Of a stretch of 64,000 bases of DNA, positions 53,497-64,000 are shown in pieces. Origin of the DNA: Chrysomallon squamiferum (taxonomy: Eukaryota > Animalia > Mollusca). A model generated the notes under the pieces. That model saw only the letters and a list, made by a program, of their open reading frames with translations, did no database searches and had not been told where the DNA came from. The stretch lies in the NCBI GenBank assembly GCA_012295275.1, contig CM022670.1, positions 34,844,001-34,908,000 of the forward strand, in the 5' to 3' direction. Made by a program: the position numbers and the translations under genes. Positions within the stretch are counted from its first letter, which is position 1, and every line of letters begins with the position of its first letter.

Positions 53497-53841
53497 TCTG
53501 TCACAATTTGATATATACATATATATTTTATTTTATTTTAATATTTTACCATTGTTTTGTCTTGTTTCATTTTACTTAATTTGGATTATTAATTAATTAA
53601 TAAATTTATTTTATTTTATTTTATAAAATCTATATAAAAAAAAAAAATAGAAATAATTTATTTTATTTCAGAGACAGTAATTGGAATTTTGAGGTCGAAT
53701 GATTTTATAAACAAACATGGACACCTTATATACACAACACTGGAAGCTGCTATTTCCGCTGCAACGATTGTGAATAATACTTCCCAAACATCACTCACAG
53801 ATAGCAACAGAACTCAGCTGACATCATTAGTGCCAATGTGA
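42908..53841 (+). CDS. SLC26: SLC26/SulP family anion transporter, tandem paralog B (~714 aa if corrected; one -1 frameshift in exon 14 as assembled, possible young pseudogene or null allele)
   Basis: Exons 42908-43166, 43459-43569, 44352-44605, 44869-45033, 45713-45868, 46464-46546, 46944-47091, 47258-47371, 48008-48085, 48696-48791, 49278-49384, 50183-50252, 50907-51053, 52377-52507, 53142-53196 and 53672-53841. Intron positions and phases match paralog A, and exons 2-12 and 15 have identical lengths. Exon 14 is 131 nt (not 3n) and gives a TAA at 52467-52469 in the incoming frame. Confidence 0.92.
51012..51495 (+). repeat. Tandem ~115-bp repeats derived from the exon 13/intron 13 junction of SLC26-B
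   Basis: The donor AA(C/T)CAG|gtttgt recurs at 51053, 51168 and 51282. Two further variant units contain CCCGATCAAACTGAAAAAAATATC. Confidence 0.9.
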
Positions 53842-53922
53842 ACATCATCATAAGAATGTTTTTGTGCAGATGCTATTTTATTTCAGGGTCTTTATTTATT
53901 TATTCGTTTCTTTATTTGTTTG

Positions 53923-53970
<48 letters not shown>

Positions 53971-54463
53971 TCTATTTAATGTCTTAAACAATTCCTTTAT
54001 CGTTTCAAGTGATTATTATTTTTTGTTTTGTTTTTGGACGACCAAGCTTTGTTAATAACAAACAATGATAATAAAATAATACTATTATAAAGGTTTGAAT
54101 GCCACCGTTATTTCTTTTTACCTCTGAAATCATGACGTCATCGCGTACATTAAAGAATAATAGCTATAATTTTTTATTTGACAGACGAAACTTCGGAGCA
54201 AATCGGTCTGAACTGTACTCAAGATCACTGAAAAGTGGATATTTTTAAACTGTATTCTTGTGCTATTACATTTTATTATTAATTATGACTGGACAACAGA
54301 AAAAAATAAATAAAATAAATAAATAAATAAATAAATACATAACTTAGAAAACCTTTTTGCGTTTCAGCGAGCATATATATTAAACTAATTGCAACTTTCT
54401 TAAAATCAGTGACGAATATCATTATTTATGAATAATAGCAAAAAATTCCTTTTTATGTTTTAA

Positions 54464-54499
<36 letters not shown>

Positions 54500-54757
54500 C
54501 TTAGAAATAGTGTTTTATATATGTATACGATCCCGTGTTTTGTTAAAACGCAGATTATTTTAATTTTAAATTTTTTAAAAAGTTTATTTTAAGGATACAT
54601 CAATCACTAAAATGATTCATTTTCAAATAGCCCGAAACTCTTTGAATGAATGACATAACTTGCATAATGAATTATCTGTACATAATTACAGTGCATTTAA
54701 AAAATGCGCAGATATTTGGAGATTAAAATCCAAAAAATTAACCCCTCCAGGTGTGTT

Positions 54758-54984
54758 TAAATAAATAAATTAATTAATTAATCAATTAATTAATACAAAA
54801 TAAATAAATTAATTAAATAAGTTAGTAAATTAAATAAATAAATTAATTAAATAAATAAATTAAATAAATAAATAAATAAATAAATTAATTAATTAATCAA
54901 TTAATTAAAACAAAATAAATTAATTAATTAAATAAGTTAATAAATTAAATAAATAAATAAGTAAATAAATAAGTAAATAAATAA

Positions 54985-55027
<43 letters not shown>

Positions 55028-55100
55028 ATTAATTAATTAAAACAAAATAAATAAAATAAATAAATAAAATAAAACAATATAAATTAATATAAATTAAAAT
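54758..55100. repeat. Compound (AAAT)/(AATT) low-complexity satellite
   Basis: AAAT/AATT tetramer array with internal duplication. Complementary ATTT arrays occur at 17660-17870 and 52110-52300, and an (AATAT)n array at 59655-59818. Confidence 0.85.
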
Positions 55101-56278
55101 AAAAAGAATTTGCCTATCTATTACGGGTTGAGGCAGCAACTCACCGAAGTTTGAAACCAAGGAAGAAATAAATTAGTGCTGCAACCGGAAGCTAACATCA
55201 GGCGCACTATTTCTATACAGACTGTAATATATGTGCTAAAATGACATTTACGTATAGAATATCAAGGATGTTAAATTTAAACAATTTATAATGAGTATTT
55301 TTAGAGAAAAAAAAAAATTCTTTATAAATTTTGTATAACATATACCTAGATATTATTCTGCCTCGTAATTGTGCATTCAATATGAAAATTTGGAGGAAAA
55401 AAAAAAGAAAGAAAAAAGAAAGAAATCTAAGTTATGATTCATAGATAAATACAATGATTGATTATATGTTACTGAGATTATTTTGATATTCATCGAATAC
55501 ATTTATTAAAAATTATAAGCATCGAATTAATATGTCACAACACAAATATAACGGATAAAATCATTTAAAGAGACTGATCCATAGAAGCGTGTTTAGATGC
55601 AGCGAAGAAGAAGTAAATTAGAGATGCAAACAAACTCGTGTACAGATTAGAGGAAGCGTCGCCAGATTTGCATACGCCATTCCTGTAATTAATATCACAT
55701 TTATTAATATTCGCTTTGTAGATGATAGCATCTTATTTCTTTAGTTCTAATATAATCTGCAGGTCAAGTTAGTTAATTACAGTTTATACCGTGAAGAAAA
55801 CTACCAGAAAGTTAAAGATAAAACTGGTACACTCACTTTCGCAGTCATTATCTTCGCTACAATTTTTATCATGCAAAACAAAACGAGAAAAGAAAGAAAT
55901 TACGTATAACTGGCTTTTTGAGATAATTAAACAACACAACTAAAGCAAATAGCAAAAAATACTATATATAATCTCGCTCGCTCGCGCACTAACACATAAA
56001 CACACACACACGCACGCACACTCAAACACGAACGGACAAACGTACGAGCATATAGCAACCCCCACTTTCATTACCAGATATAACTTTATCCTAACAAAAG
56101 ATACATCAGAATTATATTTTAGTTTAGCAAATTACTTTCACTTTCAATTTCGAAGTACCCGTAATTTCAAATTATGTGACATCCATACTTGTTACCATTT
56201 GCAGTTTAAGAAAGCGGTGATGCAGTGAATTATTTTAAAACAAAGTGCACAAAAATCAGTGTCATATAATAATTTAGG

Positions 56279-56317
<39 letters not shown>

Positions 56318-56714
56318 AAGAAATCTTTGAGATTTACTGTGAGCATAGTTAAAAAAGCAATAAGGGAAACAGGTTTATGTGAATTCCCTGTGACTGTGTT
56401 TGTTACTGTGGGGGAAACGTGTTGTGTCTCTCGCAGGAAACTCAGTGTATCACTGCTGTGTTAAAACAAAGGTCAGAACAGTGTAGTAAGAAACACGTAA
56501 TGTCTCACTGTCACCACGAACATCGAGTCGGTTCAGCGAGTTATGTATTCCGTAATCAGTTCAGCAGGTGAAATACGTCATACCTTGCCTGGGATACGCA
56601 TTACACAAAGATAACAGTTACATCGCAAATTCAAATAATAAACAGACAGACTAACATAACAAACTGGCAGACGGATGGATTGGCGCTAACAGAAATATAG
56701 ATAGGAGTAAAAGA

Positions 56715-56800
<86 letters not shown>

Positions 56801-57519
56801 GTGATAAACATGGGATTTTGATGGGGCGAGTGTCACTAAAAAGAAACAGAATAAAAATGAAGCTGAGGAAAAGAAAGAATCGACTAGGAAGAAAATTATT
56901 TGAAAAGTGAAACGAAGCAAAATAAAAAATAGAAAAGTGGTAACAGAGACAGTTATGGCCATGTTAGCTCTAATTCTCTTTGAATAAACGGATTTTTATA
57001 TTCAAAATTCTATAATGTACAAAGCAAGCAGCAACCTAGATATCACCTTAACTTTAACATCAAGCTTAACCCGCTATTGTTATTGTTTTCTTTTTCTTTT
57101 CCCTGTTTTTTTCATTTTTTTCTCTCTTGTTTTCCCCTACACTTTTTTTTTTTTTTTTTTTTTTTTTACGTGTCCTGTTTGTTTTAATGACTGTCACAGA
57201 ACGACACAAAAGCTGCTGTCATCTGTGTAGATTCCTTTCACTTGAACCTTCACACTTTCTTACTCAGACAAGTTTCCTCGTCGTAACATTATATCACACC
57301 AACCCTTTTTTTTTTTTAACCCCCATTCAGACCATCTCGAAAAAGATCTATCCATCACCTCGAAGCAACACGTTGACAGTAGTAACATTCCGTAATTTTT
57401 TATTCCTTTCTTTTAAGCGTGAGGACACGTGTTTTTAATTTATTTATTTACCATTTAGTTATGGTGTATAAATGAAATAAAATTGAAAATTACTGAGAGA
57501 AAACTAAAAATTGACGAAT

Positions 57520-57822
57520 ATGGCAGCAAGCGATACAAGTGCAAACAACGAAATGACGGATATTGAAGAAAGAAAATGGACTGGATTAACTGGAACAGTA
57601 AATATGGCTATGGTAGAAGATGAAACAAGTCTAGAAGAACTAGAATTAGATTACCGTAATAAGACAAAGGATAATCCAAATACTGAAGCCAGAGATGTAT
57701 TTAATAGAAAAATTCAGACTATAAAAGAAGACGAAATTATGGAAGCATCGGAGAATACTGTTACAGATGTTTCGCCAAAATCACCTGCTCAAAGCCAAAC
57801 TTTGGCTAACGGAAATGTGTCC
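57520..57822 (+). CDS. First coding exon of an unidentified gene (acidic, low-complexity N-terminus; possibly a membrane transporter)
   Basis: 101 open codons (MAASDTSANNEMTDIEERKW...TLANGNVS) with aatATGG start context, non-repetitive composition and a consensus phase-0 donor TCC|gtaagt at 57823. No further exon was recognised in the window. Confidence 0.7.
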
Positions 57823-59037
57823 GTAAGTTGTTTATTTATTTTAAATTAATTTATTAGTAATGACTATTTTAATAATGGCGAATTGGAATAATAATAATAA
57901 TTAATTATAAATTTGTTGTGTTAACAAATTTCGTATAATAAGCATTAGGACAACGTGAGTTTTTAAGAAGTGTTAGAATTTTGGGAAATCTTTTGTAAGA
58001 GGAATACACCGAAACTAATCATTCTTCCAGCAGTTATGTCCCTTAGGTCTCGGCCATTAAGCCGATACTTTTGAGTCAGTGTTTTTACTTTTATTTCTGT
58101 GAAGTAGAATAAACGACCAAAGCTTTTTTAGTGTCAGGGAATCTAGCAGTCGGGAGAAGAAATGTCTGTATGATTTTATTATATGCTGATGGCGTCAAGT
58201 CACAATCTAAAAATTATGAGTGAAAATACAAGTGAAACGATAATAATTGTTAACTGCATTACTTTTGTTGCATTCAGTAGTACAATTCACGACTTCCAGA
58301 CAGAAGACAGCGCCGTATCTAATTCGTTTGGTTTCTGGCGGAACAGACCGATTCGTTTCTTAAAAGAGTGTTTATTGTTAGTCGAAATTTTCATCGAATG
58401 TTTAATCATCCTCTTAATTTAAGTTTGCGGTCCTACGTAATTTGCGAGAGCAGTTTATATGAGAATGATCGTTATAAATAGCTTCGATCTTTTGACGGTA
58501 TACAATATATACTGGTACGAATGGTGAATTTTGAAAACAAAACATTTTAATTTGAATAAAAACATTTATTTCGTTATATATTATTATTATTAATATATAT
58601 ATATATATATTTTTTATCGTTTCACAACGCGATCTTGTTTTTTAAATAGTTTCCACTGTTTCCGTGAGAACACTTCCTGTTTCACAAGCGTCATGTTTGA
58701 TGTTTCTTTGCTATTTTATGCGTTCTAAACTTTTGATATCACTTTAAAAGGCCTTGTTCTACGATAGTTAAATACTAATCTTTTATCGGTAGGCCTGCTA
58801 ATTGTTTGTCAAGCAATGGACAAGTACGTCTCCATTTTTTTTTTTTTTTTATCAAATTTTATTATTCTTTTTTATTCGATTATAACATTATTTTGTAGTT
58901 TTAATTTCAGTAATGTTCAGTGTGAAATATTAATAAATGATAATAAAAATAGTGCTCATTCCAAAATAAGGAAATGTACCAGCAGTTGATAAAAACATTT
59001 TAATATAACAGATGTGACTTAAAACTACTCAAAAATC

Positions 59038-59079
<42 letters not shown>

Positions 59080-59849
59080 TATGGATCTTACAATCATGTA
59101 TCACTGCGTACATATATACACATACATGTAGACACACATACGTACATACATATTGTAATACATAACTTAAATATATACATACACACATATATACATACAT
59201 ACAAATATATATATATACACATATATATATATATATACATACACATACGAACATGCATACACATATTTTACACGTACATAAATATATATAGACACATAGC
59301 ATATATACATAAATATATATATACACAAACACATATAATAATTGCAAGCTCAATACAACAGATTTTATAGATAAATATAAAACTATTAAAACGCCACGAA
59401 CATTTCTCATGAATATTTATGAAGATAATGATTTTATTAACACGACATAAATTACTGTTCACTTATTGTGTTATATTGCACCGCCCATGGCGTTATCGCT
59501 AATAAGACACGGATGTATTTGCTTTTGATAGCCTTGCATTTTATCATGAGTGAAAAAATTTACATAACCTAGTTTTTCAAGGCCAATAACAGGAAAACAG
59601 TTTTAAAAACCACTCCCTCATCAAGGACAATACACAAATGAACAAATAAATAAATCATATAATATAATGTAATATAGTATAATGTAATGTAATGCTATAT
59701 AATATAATATAATATAATATGATATGATATAATATAATATAATATAACACAATATAATATAAAATAATATAATATAATATAATATAATATAATATAATAT
59801 AATATAATATAATATAACACAGTTCATAAAATAAATAAAATAAAAAAGA

Positions 59850-61159
59850 TAGATAGATAGATATAATGATGTAAAACCTACTGAAATAATATGCGTCACT
59901 GATGCAAACAAAATTTTATTTTATAACAATTTTTAATGTCACCTTTTAACTCAGTCAACAATAGGAAAAATATGAAAATAAATAAATAAACCAATTAAAC
60001 ACCCCCAAAAACCCTAAAAAAAACCCCTATGTATATAATAAAATAAGTATATCACTGGATTTTATATAATAACAACAAATAATTAAATTAGAAGGAACCT
60101 AACAGGGTACTGATATAAAACAATATAATAAAACAGATTAGAATGCAAAACTAACATTTCAATTCAATCCCTAAGTTTTATCTTAGCTAAAACACTTATT
60201 ACATAAATAAAGCACCTGTTTTCTTATCCCCACCACCCCAAAACCGCACCCTACCTTCTTTACTTATTTATTCAAATTAACTTTCAAAAACTGTTCATAC
60301 CTGACACAAAAATAACTTTTTTATTTGATGTTCAAGGTCAGTGTAAAATGTTTGATCTTAGCGTTGACCTGAATCATAAACTTAGTGTGCACCAAGCACG
60401 TGCAGAATCCGGGTACACTGAGTGTTCTGGTGTCAACAAAAACACTTTCTTTTTTAATTCTTTTTATTTTCTGTTCTTTTTTTTTCTTTTTTTTTTCTTT
60501 CTTTTTTTTTGTAGTGATCAAAATATTTAAAAAACAACAACAACAAGGATGAAGTATAAAAGCATAATTAATTTCGACACTACTTCTACTAAGAAAAAAA
60601 TCAAAATTAATGTATAAACAGATAGATAGATATAATAATGTAAACCCAATGAGCCTGCTGAAATAATTTGCGTCACTGATGTAGACAAAAACAATTTTTA
60701 ATGTCGGTTTTTAAATCATAAAGTCAACAACAGGAAAAATATAAAAATAAATAAATAAACCAATTTAAAAAAAAGTAAAAAAAAGAAGCAGAAACCAAAA
60801 AGTAAAAACAAAAAAAAAAACGCCCCAAAAACAACCCCACCCAAAAAAAGTTTTTTCTTAGCTAAAACACTTATTACATAAATATAGCACCAGTTTTCTG
60901 GTCCCCCCCTAGAAAAAACCGCACCTTATTTTCTTTACTTATTTATTCAAATAAACTTTCAAACTCTGTTCATACCTTTCACAAAAACAGCTTTTTTATT
61001 TGATGTTCAAGGTCAGTATAAAATATTTGATCTTGGCGTTGACCTGAATCATAAACTTATTGCTTTACGAACACGTGCAGAATCCGGGTACTCCGAGTAC
61101 ACTGGTGTCAACCAAAACACTTTTTGTTTTTAAATTCTTTTTGTTTTCTGTTTTTCTTT

Positions 61160-61198
<39 letters not shown>

Positions 61199-61860
61199 TA
61201 GTGATCGAAATATTTAAAAAAACACCAAAAAACAACAAGGATGTAATATAAAAGCATAATTAATTTCGATACTCCTTTTACTAAGAAAAAAGAAATCAAA
61301 ATAAAACAAAACAAAACAAAGAAAAATATGCCAAAAAAACCCCAAAGAAAACAACAACAACAAACAAACAAACCTCCCCCCAAAATTATAATAATAAAAT
61401 AACGTAAATATAAGGTTGAATTTTATATAAACAACAATTTATAACAATTTTTTACATTCTCGTTTTGAAGAAAATTAAACAGAATAATAAAAAAGAAACA
61501 ACAACAAATAATTAAATTAGAAGGAACCTGATATAAAATAAAATAATAAAACAGATTAGAATGCAAAACTTACATAATAATTCAATCTCTAAGGTTTATC
61601 TTAGCTAAAACACTTATTACATAAATAAAGCATCTGTTTTCTGATCCCCACCCCCAAAAAACCGCACCTTATCTTCTTTACTTATTTATTCAAATTAACT
61701 TTCAAAGACTGTTCATACCTGACACAAAAACAACTTTTCTATTTGATGTTCAAGGTCAGTATAAAATATTTGATCTTAGCGTTGACCTGAATCATAAACT
61801 TAGTGCTCTTCGAACACGTGCAAAATCCGGGTACATTCAGTGTGGTGGTGTCAACAAATC
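59850..61860. repeat. Triplicated ~0.7-kb unit with a conserved ~255-bp core
   Basis: The core CTTAGCTAAAACACTTATTACATAAATA...GGTGTCAAC starts at 60182, 60857 and 61600. Flanking sub-blocks are shared by two of the three copies. Confidence 0.9.
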
Positions 61861-62020
61861 CTTATTACATCTCTAAACAGTAAGTATTTCACTAAACATT
61901 TTATAAAACTGATATGATGCAGTGATTATTCAATTTTAATTACATTTTAGTTTTCGTTTTCTTTTCTTTTTTGATTTTCTTTTCTCTCTTTCTTTTTTTA
62001 ATTCTTTCTTGTTCTTTCTT

Positions 62021-62064
<44 letters not shown>

Positions 62065-64000
62065 GTTATTGTTCTTATTGCTTACTGTAGTATTACACAA
62101 AATATTTAAAGAAACAAGTTTAAGAAATCATACAGAAATGTTTGGACATTCCGATAGAAATTTCAAATATTTTATTTTTATTTTAATCTGGTTTATTTCC
62201 AGTTCAGAAACGAATCCACATTACTATATTTCCTGTTATATTTAACTGATTAAAAAAAGAATATTTATTTTTAGTGTTCAAAATATTTTTTTAATGTAAA
62301 AAAAAAAAAAAAAAACAAACAAAAATACAACAATAAAAAAGCAATTCCTTTATTTATTTATTTATTTATTTTGTGTTTAATGAATATATATTATTATTTA
62401 TTTTCTAATAACTTTCAGTTCAGTATTATCTACAAATTCTATACTTTACAAATACAAAATATTCAAATTCGTATTTACATTATTATTATTATTATTATTA
62501 TTATTAATATTATTATTATTATCTATTTCCTATTATTATTACTATTATTATTATTATTTCTACTATTATTATTATTATCATTAATTTTAAATAAAACGTT
62601 AAAATTTTATATAATAATAATAATAATAAAAAAAAAAAAACTTAGGACAAGTTTCAGCTGACACAACCGTTAACACTACATGAACGGGCTAATGCAAAAC
62701 TTACATGAAACTTAACAAAAATCTTATTTAAACTTCTGTTGTACCTTCAAGATACATCAACACTGTGTCTTTCTTCCACTGTCACTGTTCTTAGAACAAG
62801 AAATATCATTGTTCTACGATACCTTTTTATAAATGACATGCAGTGCCGATCCTTCTTATTTTAATATTTAAGAAGTAAATATAAATAATAAATAATATTA
62901 AGGAATTATATTTTATTTATTTATTTATTCTTTTAAAAAAATATATTTATTTATTTATTTATTTGTTAATTAACTAATTATTTTATTATTTTAGTTTATT
63001 TTGTGTGTAACACACTATTTAAATTATCCTAAATTAAATTTTTGACTATTAGTTTTTTAAAACTTTCCAGTTCAATATTATTTATATTCTGTACCGTTCA
63101 AATTCAAATTCTTAATTACATTGTTATTATTATTATTTATATCATTATTATTATTATTGTTGTTATTGTTGTTGTTGTCAAATTGTTGCTATTATTATTT
63201 ATTATTGTCATTATTATTCTTTTTATTTAATATTATTATTATTATTGTTGTTGTTGTTGTTGTTGTTGTTATGTTCATCACCAATAATCGGGTCTTGTCT
63301 TAGAATAAATTTAAAACAAACACTTATTCATTGTCTGGATATTTAAAGATATAAAAAATTTGTCTGAGTTTCATACAGTCATATTTTTATTACAGGATCT
63401 GTGAACGTCAATCGTTATTTTTAATGTAGCAAACAAATAGCTTGGCACAGTTGATACGATTTTTAGGTCAAGGAATCTTCAAAGATTAATATGCAGAGTA
63501 TAAATCATTTATATTTAACTTTTCATGAGCAGGATATTTTTTTTTTTTTTTTTTTGTTTTTTTAATAAATCTTAAGTACACAACTGCTTGTTATTCATAT
63601 GCAAATTTTAAAAATTGATTTATTGAAGAATGTGATCTTTCTGGAGAACAACACTCTCATTTGAAAACATAAACCATTTTAAGAATCAATTGTAAATAAT
63701 GAATAATGTAGCTCATAATATTTCTGAGCTTAATAAAAAACACATGAAAAATTCTAATATATATAAATAAAGAAATATAAAATAATGATTTTTATACATG
63801 TAATTACAGTATGTATATTACTCTAAAAAGAAACGATCATCGTAATTTATATATAAATAACTACATATCACAATTTATATCCTCAAAAAAACTAATAAAA
63901 TATTTCTGAGAAAGTAAAAAAACATGCTTTTAATTACTTTTAAAAAGTTTTAATTTATACCACACAACGACATATAACATCGATGTGTAAAATCTAAAAA

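Overview
AT-rich, microsatellite-rich animal genomic DNA (intron/exon style and CpG pattern suggest an invertebrate, possibly lophotrochozoan; the species cannot be determined from this window). It contains a complete five-exon RPL31 gene (minus strand, 122 aa) and two tandem SLC26/SulP (prestin/pendrin-like) anion-transporter paralogs on the plus strand, each with 16 main coding exons (A: 24131-35269; B: 42908-53841). There are also 5' exons of an unidentified minus-strand gene running off the left edge, the first coding exon of an unidentified plus-strand gene at 57.5 kb, a pogo/Tigger-type MITE, LINE/hAT/SINE relics and tandem repeats. Main observations: (1) SLC26-A appears to start about 0.9 kb from RPL31, head-to-head, with its ATG split AT|G across a 9.5-kb intron; (2) paralog B has a single -1 frameshift inside the STAS domain at a T-TTA-AAA heptamer while downstream exons remain intact (assembly error is the simplest explanation; null allele or recoding are the alternatives); (3) the paralogs form a patchwork of ~98-100% and ~76% identical blocks, indicating segmental gene conversion; (4) a tandem duplication of B exon 13's end creates two candidate in-frame 45-nt micro-exons; (5) a longer in-frame version of exon-3 sequence is captured in an intron of A; (6) a CCAAT-CRE-CCAAT palindrome lies upstream of B. 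All gene models and counts were derived by hand and need RNA-seq confirmation.
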